Made by a program: the position numbers and the translations under genes
The notes under the pieces: generated by a model
Told to the model about the DNA's origin: nothing
Seen by the model: the letters and a program-made list of their open reading frames with translations, nothing else
The model's database searches: none
Assembly: GCF_006345805.1 (NCBI RefSeq)
Contig: NC_043026.1
Span: forward strand, 7,564,001 to 7,628,000
DNA from: Octopus sinensis
Lineage: Eukaryota
Length of the DNA: 64,000 bases
Direction: 5' to 3'
Shown: positions 54,023-64,000 of the stretch, piece after piece
Layout: each line of letters begins with the position of its first letter
Numbering within the stretch: the first letter of the stretch is position 1

Positions 54023-54121
54023 TATATGTAAATATATGTGGTGTATATATATATATATATTATATATATATATTATATATATATATACATCCATATATAT
54101 ATATGTGTATATATATATTTA

Positions 54122-54168
<47 letters not shown>

Positions 54169-54384
54169 ATGTATATATATATATGTATATATATATGTGT
54201 GTATATATATATATATATATAGTGAAAAGGTGAGAGCTCTAGATGCTCAATACAGGAAACACGTGTCAGTGCTCAAACTGTTTAATGTTGAAGTCCGAAA
54301 TCTTTATCGAGAACCAGGTGCAAGGAGTAAAGAATGGCTAAAAGAGGGATCCAGGTGAGCTGATATGGAGATAATGATGCTGTC

Positions 54385-54533
54385 TGTGCGGTAAGTAGCT
54401 TGCTTACCAAACACATCGTTCCGGGTTCAGTCCCACTATGTGGCACCTTGGACAAGTGTCTTCTACTATAGCCTCGGTCCGACCAGAGTCTTGTAAGTGG
54501 GTTTGGTGGACGGAAACGGAAAGAAGCCCGTCG

Positions 54534-54593
<60 letters not shown>

Positions 54594-54750
54594 TATATAT
54601 ATATACAACGGGCTTCTTTCCGTTTCCGTCCACCAAATCCACTCACAAGGCTTTGGTCGGCCCGAGGCTAAAGCAGAAGACACCTGCCCAAGGTGCCACG
54701 CAGTGGGACTGAAAGCGGAACCGTGTGGTTGGTAAGTAAACTATCTACCA
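54385..54750. repeat. Inverted pair of SINE family A heads around a (TG)n spacer
   Basis: Plus-strand head at 54385-54540 and minus-strand head at 54605-54750. Confidence 0.85.
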
Positions 54751-56284
54751 CCACATGTAATATCTTCCGCCATAATTTTCACCCCACCGCATGGCAAGGA
54801 GGCAGCCATCTTGCCGTTCCACTAAATCCCGTATTCTTCTTCTACTTCTTCTTCTTCTCCTCTCATAATATTCACCCCCCCCCCCCACCTCCAACTCCTT
54901 ATTCAGGGACTCCGCCCTCCCCGGCCATCTAATTGCCGTTTCTTGAGGCCCTTTCTACTTCCTACCTCCCCCAGTTTTCCTCTCTACCGCAAACCCAGCC
55001 ATTCTGATACTAAGCAGAACCGCAAGAAAAAAAAAAAAAAAAAAAAAAAGCAAAGAAAAAACCCAGCCTTTTATTGACTCCCTTTTCCTTTCAATTATGT
55101 CGTTTAAATCTCGTTGATCAACGTCTCGGCCGTGATTTTGGAGACTCTAACAACACACGATTTCTTGTTTGCTGAAAACCTATAATATTTTGGAAGAAAT
55201 TGTTGATTTATTTTGTCATTTTGTCCGACAAATTCTGGTTGGCCTGTTTTTATGCTCCCTTTCTTTTTCCTTCCCTTTCAAATTCTTTCGTCTTCTTTTT
55301 CGTCTTCTGCTTGAAACCCCTCCTCCTTCTTCTTCGCCTCAACCCCGTCATTTTTGACAAAAAACAGAAACTATGTCCTGCTTTTACTGTAGAGTGACTC
55401 TGGAAAAGGAGCTGACGAAGGCGGCAGACGATGGCAGATGGAGGGTGACGGCGGATGGAGGGTGACTGTGGCAAACGGTGTAGGGGTGTGGCGGCTAACG
55501 GAGGATTGTGATGGGTAGTGGTGGCGACAGGGGTGGATGGTACGGACGGAGGAGTATGACGCAAGATGTTGGCGGACGGTGAAGGATGGTGGTTGATGTG
55601 ATGGTCATCTGTGGGCAGTAGAGAACATATGACTAAAGGTTTTCCAAGCATGACCATCTCGACGTTACTTCTAGACCACATTCTTTCATGTACCCTTCGA
55701 TTTTTAATACAATTGAGTATGACTTGAGAGGGATTTAGCTGCTGCTTCTGAATTGTGGACTAACCATATAGGAGCTTTGTCGTTCGTTCAGCTGGCAGAG
55801 AATGTCGGACGATGACGAAAGTGGCGGGTGAAGCAGTGGGGGGAAGGTGTCAGAGGGGATGAGGGTGGTCGAGTGAGGTCTGTCAGAAGTGGGTGGTGGA
55901 TCGTTGATGAAGTTGTAATTTAACCCTAGGTCATCTCCAATTGAGCAAATCTACGGTCAAAGACAGTCCAGTTGCGACCATCCAGTCTTATATATTGAGA
56001 ACTAAATAATCGACCGCGTAAGTTGAGATTTAGCTGCTACTTTTAGCATGTTGAATGGTCAGGTAGCGGGTTGTGGCGGACAAAGACGAGTGTGGCGTAC
56101 GGGGTGGGGGGTGGGGGTTGGGCTTCACGGACGATCGTGAAATAAACAAACGATGGCAGAATGTGGCGGATGATGACGGAAGTTAAGAGCGAAAAGTAAC
56201 GATCGTTGTTGCTTAGCCCCAGGTCAGTCCTGATCCAACGGAGCTATGATCAAAGATGTTCCTAGAAAAGTGACCGTTAAAACG

Positions 56285-56411
56285 ATGACGGCGACGACAA
56301 TGATGATGATGATGGTGGTGGTTATGATGATGATGATGATGATGGTTAGGATGATGATGGTGAGGATGATGATGATGATGATGATGGTGGTGGTGATGAT
56401 GATGATGGTGA

Positions 56412-56445
<34 letters not shown>

Positions 56446-56521
56446 GATGGTGGTGGTGGTTATGATGATGATGATGATGATGATGATGGTGATGATGATG
56501 GTGGTGATGGTGGTGGTGGTT

Positions 56522-56554
<33 letters not shown>

Positions 56555-56680
56555 GTGATGATGATGGTGGTGATGGTGGTGGTGGTTATGATGATGATGA
56601 TGATGATGGTAAGGATTTTGGTGGTGGTGATGATGATGATGGTGGTGGTGGTTATGATGATGATGATGATGGTGATGATA

Positions 56681-56712
<32 letters not shown>

Positions 56713-56745
56713 GATGATGATGATGATGGTGGTGGTGATGATGAT
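56285..56745. repeat. (GAT/GGT)n array
   Basis: Seen directly; source of poly-M/I ORFs. Confidence 0.95.
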
Positions 56746-57306
56746 GGTTTCTTTAATTCCCTTGCACATTTTTGTATGGCGCCCAACTCGAACCGTTTCC
56801 TGAATTGTTCGAATTAACAATCCCGGGACAACTGAAATTAGTCGACGATTTTTTTAAAGCATTTTATTCAAAAATCAAGTGAAGCCACGTGATTGTATTT
56901 AGTTTAAGTATTAATAAATTCCGGAACGACCGAATAGAGCTGTGGCTGTTTTAACATACTGAAGCGTCGAATCCGGATATCATATTTTTCTGCCAAACAT
57001 AAGTTACATCTGTATGATCCAGTGGTGGTTACAGACTCATCGATACACCAACTTATATATATGTTATTGATTTTTCTTATCCTTCAGTTTCCAGGTGTAT
57101 CGAGAAAGCGGAGTGGACGTTTGTCTTTAAATTTCAAGTAGTGAGTGTCTTGTGTGATTATACTTAGATTTAAATGTATTTCCCATCAGTCCTACACAAC
57201 AAATTTTCTATGCCAAATGATAATAGCAAATACATTAATCACCTTTACCATCGGCCGTAACAACAACAAAATACAACAAACACATTGATTGACATGCAAA
57301 TATAAT

Positions 57307-57312
57307 TTTATT
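57307..57312 (-). promoter_or_regulatory. Probable polyadenylation signal of the LLTP gene
   Basis: AATAAA on minus followed by a GT/T-rich tract (GTGTTTGTTGTATTTTGTTGTTG). Confidence 0.5.
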
Positions 57313-57669
57313 GGTTCATTACATTAGTTATTTAAATTGAAGTGATGAAAAGTTTGTGGGGTTCGATCTTCAATTATGTTTAGTGGGTAGCTGAAAAGAC
57401 AAAGAAAAAACATTAACGGTAAATATTAGGAAATGACTGCTTTTGGCAAAAATAATACGAAATTTTATAAGATTTTTTTTTTTGTTTTCGCTCTCTCAGA
57501 TGCTATCGGACCTGAATATATAACAGGTACTTTGCGTTGCTATTTAGGCATCATTACTTGGAGTGCTAACGTGATCCGATCTGACATGCTAGAAATAACT
57601 GGGAATTCCCAGTTAAGTCCTACGCTACTTTCTTAAGGAAGAAGGACATTAGATAAGTCAGCTTTAATC

Positions 57670-57792
57670 CCCAAGAAAAAGAAAATGACGGCATGGTCAT
57701 GGTTGGAGACCTTCGATCATAGTTCTGCTCGGTTAAGGCATCATCTGAGGCGCTGCAACGCTGGGGCACTGCGATGATGGGGCACTGGGGTG
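57670..57792 (-). CDS. Tentative penultimate or terminal exon of the LLTP gene (3' boundary unresolved)
   Basis: Acceptor GTTGCTTAG|CA fits the phase-1 donor at 58239, giving CSPQCPIIAVPQRCSASDDALTEQNYDRR...; no strong donor before a SINE at about 57540-57660. Confidence 0.35.
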
Positions 57793-58026
57793 CTAAGCAA
57801 CAGCAGCAACAACAACAACACCAGCAGAATCAGGTTTTCTGATATTGTTTCAATTATATAAAACCGTAGCTTTTAGGTCACTGTTGTTGCGCCATTCTAT
57901 TTGTGGACGCCAAGGTGGACTGTGGTCTGAGACTGAACCAGTTTGATCTGGTATACACAGCTAAGTTTTTATTTTTTGTCCCAAATTGTTCTGTCGAAAC
58001 ACACAATGGGACAGAAATAGCGACTG

Positions 58027-58125
58027 AAACCTCTGGCCCCAAAACCCCTGGCCCCAAAACCTCTGGCCCCAAAACCCCTGGCCCCAAAACCCCTGGCCCC
58101 AAAACCTCTGGCCCCAAAACCTCTG
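58027..58125. repeat. 15-bp minisatellite (AAACC[T/C]CTGGCCCCA) x6.6, intronic
   Basis: Seen directly. Confidence 0.95.
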
Positions 58126-58238
58126 ATTACGTTTGTCAAAAACACAAAACAGACAAACTAGAGCCACGACATGTGCCTAACAGAAAAAAGGAGGGATGGT
58201 CACAGAAGGAGTGGGGGAGCATAACAATGAATACTTAC

Positions 58239-58383
58239 AGCATCGGATCGGGATTGGTAGTTGGACATCGTTGTAGTGACATTGGTTGACGTAGTAAGAA
58301 GAGACATCGCAGAGGACCTTCAAGGGTTTGTTGACGCTGGTCATGTAGCTTGCGCATGCGTGGTAGAATGGATTGGGGTTTAC
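58239..58383 (-). CDS. LLTP (vitellogenin/apolipophorin-like) exon, C8-type Cys-rich region
   Basis: TACAG|GTA...TGCT|GTAAGT; VNPNPFYHACASYMTSVNKPLKVLCDVSSYYVNQCHYNDVQLPIPIRC; phase 0/1. Confidence 0.88.
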
Positions 58384-58509
58384 CTGTAATGACAAGATGG
58401 CGGTGATAAGCAATCGAGTTTCGCATCGGGTAAAACACGCACGCACACATACGCATATATAGTTATTAAGATGCATACAGCTATGTATATATGCAAACGT
58501 GCGCATACA

Positions 58510-58540
<31 letters not shown>

Positions 58541-58767
58541 GTATGCATATGTGAATATATATTGTTTACGTCCAATGGACAGACTTCACGCATTAGACTT
58601 CATCTGTCCAAGAAACGACTTTCAAACCAATATTTACTCGCTGTTATTTATAGCTCTATCTACTTCGAGTTCAACCGTCAAAAACAAATGTGTGTGTGTG
58701 TATGTATGTGTGTACATGTATGCATGCAGATAAACATACATGTATGCGTATGTATACACATACACAT

Positions 58768-58807
<40 letters not shown>

Positions 58808-58849
58808 GCAAGACTAATTAGCTTATTAATTAATATATGAGAACTATTA

Positions 58850-59058
58850 AGGCAGCGAGTTGGCAGAGTCGTTAGAACGTCGGGCAAAATGCTTAACAGC
58901 ATTGGTGCCTTCTGTCTATATTCCGAGTTCAAATTCCAACGAGGTCGACTTTACTTTTCATCCTTTCGGGGTCGATAAGATAAGAACCAGGTTGAACCCC
59001 GGGGTCAATGTTATCGACTTAACCCCTTCGCCAGACTTCCTGGCCTTGTACTAAAATT
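58850..59058 (+). mobile_element. SINE family C, diverged
   Basis: GGCAGCGAGTTGGCAGAGTCGTTAG head and GAGGTCGACTTT.CTTTTCATCCTTTCGGGGTCGAT core. Confidence 0.8.
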
Positions 59059-59138
59059 TAAAACTAACATATCGGAATTACTAATATTAGTAAAAATCGA
59101 TTAAATGAACAGACACGAAAAGGTAGACAGTTTCTTAC

Positions 59139-59528
59139 CTGTTTGAAGCAATTCCTAAAAGGTGACGATGGTTCCATGAACATTTCGGCACATTTTCGGT
59201 TTTCAGGGACCATATGACCACGGGCGTGGTTCTGGGAGCGACAGGAGCGAGAGGTGGACCAGGAGTTGGCGAATTCTTGCAGGTCGTTGGTGGCGTGCAT
59301 GTTGGACATGGTCATGTCGTTGGTCTTTTCGTTGTCATAGGTACCGAATAAGCCTCCGACCTTGTTGTAATACCATCCGCTGATGTCAACGATGTAGAAA
59401 TCGGATTTGGGGTTGCAGCTGACGGTGTATCCGTTGGTGCCCTCAACAACGATGAGGTCGCCGTTGCGGTGGATGTGGACGTCGCTGAGGCTGACGGGAA
59501 GTTTGCTGACGCGGTCGTTGACTTCAAC
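59139..59528 (-). CDS. LLTP exon, C-terminal half of the VWD domain
   Basis: CAAG|GTT...CAG|GTAAGA; VEVNDRVSKLPV...VSCNPKSDFYIVDISGWYYNKVGGLFGTYDNEKTNDM...FANSW...C...CAEMF....SPFRNCFKQ; 390 bp, phase 0/0. Confidence 0.93.
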
Positions 59529-59628
59529 CTTGATTTTGAAGAATTAACAAAACTGAGTGTGAGAAGAACGTTGGAGGGTCGGACAGAAAGAGGAGAAAAA
59601 GGGAGAGAGATACAGGAAGAGTGATGCT

Positions 59629-59710
<82 letters not shown>

Positions 59711-60360
59711 AAGTAAGGTAACGATTCAGATAAAATCAAGTACTTGAAAAGTTATGTACTGGGCTGGGTTTCATCTGATGATTACGGTTTTTCGTAATGG
59801 AATAAATGTTTTCTGTCTTCTGTTAAAAAGATGCGTAAGAAACAGCTGTTATGAGCTGATAATTATCCATCGTCTGTTATCATTCATTTGATGCGAAAAT
59901 ATATCAGTAGTAGACGAAAATCGTTCAGGCGCGGCTGTGGTATTACTAGAATCGAATTTCTGTCTTTAGGGACTTCGACAGTTTCAGGCACCCATTGCTA
60001 ATTGCATGCTAAGACACACACACACACACACACACACATACAGACTGCAAAGGATATTTGAGCGCATTTAACTATCAGTATATTACTGTACGGTTTAACT
60101 TGTTATTTCTTTCAGATGCCCCGTGGCAGACAAAGTGCCAACGCTCGAAATGAAAAGGCACGCAGCCATTGTTGCAAACCTGTAGAACATCAATTTAGAA
60201 ACTGAGAACTTTCTAAGAAGATCTGAAATGGTGAATGGATAGGTTTCTGCGATTGTGAGAGGAGGGTGACTGATGGTTAGAGCTAGGGGTCTAGGGGTCA
60301 GAGTGATTGTCGAGAATGATGTGGAAGGGATATGGAAAAACTAAAAGATGGCTAACTTAC

Positions 60361-60572
60361 TTTGGAATCTCTTGTGATTCTGATCTTGTTTCCAGTCTTG
60401 GTTGTCATTGAGATGGATTCAACAGATGCTTGGCGTCCCTTGTTCCTGTAATCAGCGACGATCTTGAAGTTGCCTTCAGAGCGAGCCAGGATGTAGCTGC
60501 AGGTTCCTTTGAAGTTTAAGTGGCGTCCATCAAAAGTGGTGATGTGTTCTCCGCCGAACAGACTGGCACGGG
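60361..60572 (-). CDS. LLTP exon, start of the VWD domain
   Basis: TTTTTTTTCAG|CC...AAA|GTAAGT; (A)RASLFGGEHITTFDGRHLNFKGTCSYILARSEGNFKIV...; phase 1/0. Confidence 0.93.
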
Positions 60573-60624
60573 CTGAAAAAAAAAACGAGATGGGATTCGA
60601 TCAATGTGTGCCTCAGTATGTATT

Positions 60625-60746
60625 TGTGCGAAAGGATGAACGGCAAAGTCGACCTCGGCGGAATTTGAACTCAGAACGTAACGGCAGACGAAATACCGCT
60701 AAGCATTTCGCCCGGCGCGCTAACGTTTCTGCCAGCTCGCCGCCTT
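60625..60746 (-). mobile_element. SINE family C, 5' half, intronic
   Basis: Reverse complement of the family C head. Confidence 0.88.
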
Positions 60747-60764
60747 ACAACGCTAAGATATTAG

Positions 60765-60806
<42 letters not shown>

Positions 60807-60898
60807 ACACACACACACACACACACATGCACACACACACACCTGTTTGCAAACAGAAGTACAGCGAATAGAATTATAAATTTGATTGAGATTCGAAC

Positions 60899-61256
60899 CT
60901 TTGAATGGTGGGACCCAGTTTTTGACGTCCGAGGATGGTTTGACGTGGTAGTAAGTGTCATAGACGGTCCAGTCAGTGAAGGCCGATAGCTTGTTGGAGT
61001 ACTTCTGGAAAGAACGACTGACTTTATCCAAAGAATCGCTTGTGTCTTCTAGGTGTCTGTAGGCACTGATTAAGCCATGATAGTAAAGTTGGGCGCTGAT
61101 CTCACCGTTCTTGGGATCAAATACCAGGACTTTTAGATCGATGCTTGTCAAAGCTTTCTTCAAAGTAGCGACTTCTTTCTTCACAAATCGAATGACTTTG
61201 TTTTTCAGATCGGGAAGGACTTCTTCAAGGTGTAAGTAACCGTAGGATTTCAATAC
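60899..61256 (-). CDS. LLTP exon preceding the VWD domain
   Basis: CTCTCCTATAG|GTA...AAAG|GTTCGA; VLKSYGYLHLEEVLPDLKNK...VFDPKNGEISAQLYYH...YHVKPSSDVKNWVPPFK; phase 0/1. W-V-PPF before VWD is typical of apolipophorin-like proteins. Confidence 0.9.
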
Positions 61257-61915
61257 CTATAGGAGAGAGAGACATACAAGTGTGTGATATATATATATAT
61301 ATATATATATACATACATACATACATACATACATACATACATACATACATACATACATACATTGAGAGACAAACAGTCTGACCGACTGACAAACAGACAG
61401 ACCAATAAGTGTCTACTTTCAAATGCATCTAGTTATCCGTCGGTACGTTGTACATATTCAGTGGTACCTAGTTACAGCCAGGTAGACTGAACTCGCTGGG
61501 TTTTGCCCTTCTTTGCTCAGTCATCGTTAGTGACAAGTTAGATTTTCACTGGATCAATGAAAGAGCTTACATGTGGCTTGATGGCTTGCTAGAAATAGCA
61601 GCAAAATTTCACTCAAATCACATCTTTTATAAATGAAGAAGGGCGCGAAACAATGTATGCTGTAGTTACTTGGACAGCCATGTTTGGAATGTCGCTGATC
61701 ATAATCCGCCTGATTAAAACTGACTGAGGTTGAATAACATCAACAACAATAGGAGGACACATGGCGTCTTTGATACACTACATCAGAATAAAAGATGGCT
61801 TGGTCACGGCTGGAACATCTGTTATGAAAGATCTGTTTGTGCAGAACTGACCTGGGGTTAAGCAATGACATACAACAACCACAAGAAAAACAACAACAGC
61901 AAATGAGTGTCTTAC

Positions 61916-62097
61916 GTGTTTGTAAATATCGTTGGAGATGCTGAGCAGGAGGTCGACCATTGGGTGCGAGAGTACACTGATGTCACCGTGTTCGGCGATG
62001 AATTCCTCTTTCATGTTGTTCATTGCTTCATACATGCTGACCATGTAGTCAACAGCTTTGGCAATTAATGGATGCTTCTTAATCTGGTCTTGGACAC
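61916..62097 (-). CDS. LLTP exon, amphipathic helical region
   Basis: TTTTTTCAG|GT...CAC|GTAAGA; (R)VQDQIKKHPLIAKAVDYMVSMYEAMNNMKEEF...SNDIYKH; phase 1/0. Confidence 0.9.
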
Positions 62098-62393
62098 CTG
62101 AAAAAAGCCAAAGAAGAAGAAGATTTACTTTTGGATGACAGAGAAATGGTTTATGGAAAACAATATGGAAAGATTTCTCAATTGCGTGAAATTAAAGTTG
62201 GATTTATATTTTTAAAAAAACCGTGTTTTTGAATTAATAAATGTTTTAGATCAGCTTAATTACGTGTGCAATATCTGAATGATAAAAAAGGCCATTTTCA
62301 ATGCGGTTTGCCATGGAGAAAAGACTCATTTAATGGCGCCCATTGGCGGAAATATGTCGCCAGTTTATGAAGCTAAGTTCAATGCCTACTTAC

Positions 62394-62535
62394 GTTTCAT
62401 CACAGCTGGGAACTTGCTGATATAGGTGTTGATCTCTTGGTGGAGGGAGGTGAAGTGTTCGAATCCATTGTTAAATTGTTGTTCAACGTATAGGAACATT
62501 TCATCAATTTGGTGGAACAGCTTAGCCTTGGCAGC
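62394..62535 (-). CDS. LLTP exon, amphipathic helical region
   Basis: GTTGCAG|GCT...AAAC|GTAAGT; AAKAKLFHQIDEMFLYVEQQFNNGFEHFTSLHQEINTYISKFPAVMK; phase 0/1. Confidence 0.9.
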
Positions 62536-62954
62536 CTGCAACGAGAGTAAACTTACACTCTTAGTATTTTCATATTGGAAAACGTGGGGGATGACAAGGG
62601 AGGTAATTAGGGAGGTGACAAGGGAGATAATTAGGGAGATGATGCTAAAAAGAACGAGCAAAGTGACGACAATGACGACGAGGAAGAAGAAAACTTTCAT
62701 CTTTTGCTGGTTAACTGCAAAAGGGTTGATGGCGTTGGGTCAACATAGAAGGGCACGTTTGATAATATATTCCTAGATATACTATGTCTGAATAAAAGAC
62801 GAGATAGTCTTATTGGCTGGAGCATCTTTGATCATAGGTCTACTGGATCAGGACTGACCTGTGGCTAAACAACACCAACAGGAGCAACAACAACAACAGC
62901 AAACACAATAAACTGAGACAGATTCGAATTCTTGGGATTTTTGTTGTTCTTCAT

Positions 62955-63173
62955 ACTCTCTTTACTCTTTTACTCTTTTACTTGTTTCAGTCATTTGACT
63001 GCGGCCATGCTGGAGCACCACCTTTAATCGAGCAACTCGACCCCGGGACTTATTCTTTGTAAGCCCAGTACTTATTCTATCGGTCTCTTTTGCCGAACCG
63101 CTAAGTGACGGGGACATAAACACACCAGCATCGGTTGTCAAGCAATGCTAGGGGGACAAACACAGACACACAA

Positions 63174-63206
<33 letters not shown>

Positions 63207-63305
63207 CATATATACGACAGGCTTCTTTCAGTTTCCGTCTACCAAATCCCCTCACAAGGTTTTGGTCGGCCCGAGGCTATAGTAGAAGACACTTGCCCAA
63301 GGTGT
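62955..63305 (-). mobile_element. SINE family A, head truncated, intronic
   Basis: Reverse complement of the consensus, ending about 45 bp from the donor at 63349. Confidence 0.88.
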
Positions 63306-63349
63306 TTCTATGAAAATTGTCAGCATAGAAGCCACATGTTCAAACTCAC

Positions 63350-63766
63350 CTGATAGCCATTTTCGAAGTCGGAATAATATGAGTCAACCATTATTTTAGC
63401 TTCGTCAAGTTTGTCGCTCATGTAGGCGTTGAATTCTTGCATTTGTCTCTTCATGTATACGAGATTGTTCTGGTAGCTGGTCCACATTGATTCCCAGGCC
63501 CCCATAACCGAATCACCCATGCTTTTCATGTATAAGACATTCCTGCCATAGAGTTCGGCAACTTTGGCGGTGTGTTTAGCGACGTCCCTGTAGATGTCGT
63601 TGTAAACCGAAGGGAGGTAGTTGGCAATTGGTTCCATATCGTCTTTGAAGACTCTCTTAATATCTTGCACTTTTGACACGAATTCTTCAGAAACACTCTT
63701 TCCAATAGTTTCACCAAAGGTCTGGATCTTTTCTCCGTAGGTCTGGAATACGACAAAACCATAATC
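63350..63766 (-). CDS. LLTP exon, amphipathic helical region; upstream exons lie beyond the window
   Basis: TTCTTTTTCTTCAG|GAT...CAG|GTGAGT; DYGFVVFQTYGEKIQTFGETIGKSVSEEFVSKVQDIKRVFKDD...YYSDFENGYQ; 417 bp, phase 0/0. Confidence 0.9.
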
Positions 63767-63907
63767 CTGAAGAAAAAGAAAAGGAGGAAAAACAATTGAT
63801 TCGGGTGTTGCGAAATCGAAGTTCGATTAGATGTTTAGTATAGTGGCAGTCATTAATCTCGTGGGTTCTTCTATACTTTTGTAGAGCACAAATTTCTTCT
63901 TCTACAA

Positions 63908-64000
63908 GAATGTTGTTGACAGTGACATCGACGTTCCGGCTAGCTACGCCATCGCCGACGATGGCTTGGTTGGCCTTCGAAGTCACTGACAACAACATTC
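63908..64000. repeat. Imperfect hairpin or small MITE running off the window end, intronic
   Basis: GAATGTTGTTGACAGTGACATCGA...GCCATCG-CCGA-CGATGGC...TCGAAGTCACTGACAACAACATTC. Confidence 0.7.

Noticed and set aside
52952-56820. Long poly-T/A, poly-L/Q, poly-V and poly-M/I ORFs (mucin-like or signal-like)
   Set aside because: Pure trinucleotide arrays open in multiple frames, without splice signals or unique flanking domains.
58027-58125. CRISPR-like array
   Set aside because: Contiguous tandem units without spacers, in a eukaryotic intron.
57903-58289. ORF with GPKT[S/P] repeats
   Set aside because: Produced by a 15-bp minisatellite, antisense to and within an LLTP intron; also open on the other strand.
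60115-60230. Plus-strand acceptor TTTCTTTCAG|ATG with a short ORF
   Set aside because: Another frame (MKRHAAIVANL*) resembles a decayed Tc1-like transposase start; too degraded to list as a feature or exon.
63711-63998. Minus ORF as the next upstream LLTP exon
   Set aside because: It is the hairpin element; no good phase-0 donor matches the acceptor at 63766.

Overview
Repeat-dense, AT-rich eukaryotic genomic DNA, most likely octopus (inferred from the SINE/LINE repertoire and the density of (TA)n/(CA)n microsatellites). Nearly all ORFs in the supplied track are microsatellite or SINE artefacts. Two real genes are supported, both on the minus strand. (1) A TIKI/TRABD2 Wnt-inactivating metalloprotease: a 561-bp TraB-domain exon at 26147-26707 and a phase-compatible candidate upstream exon at 51254-51393; later exons were not found, so they probably lie left of the window. 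(2) The 3' part of a large lipid transfer protein (vitellogenin/apolipophorin-like; VWD plus C8-type Cys-rich tail): seven phase-consistent exons at 58239-63766 and a likely polyA signal at 57307-57312. The rest is several tRNA-derived SINE families, fragments of RTE, R4/Dong-like and CR1-like LINEs, mariner remnants, hAT- and piggyBac-type non-autonomous elements, foldback MITEs and a 100-N gap. The most interesting unannotated signal is a set of hammerhead-ribozyme-like folds in Penelope-like termini. The best (36132-36187, minus) has an intact catalytic core, and most lie on the same strand as the TIKI pre-mRNA. All structural and functional calls were made by eye; no database search or folding program was run.
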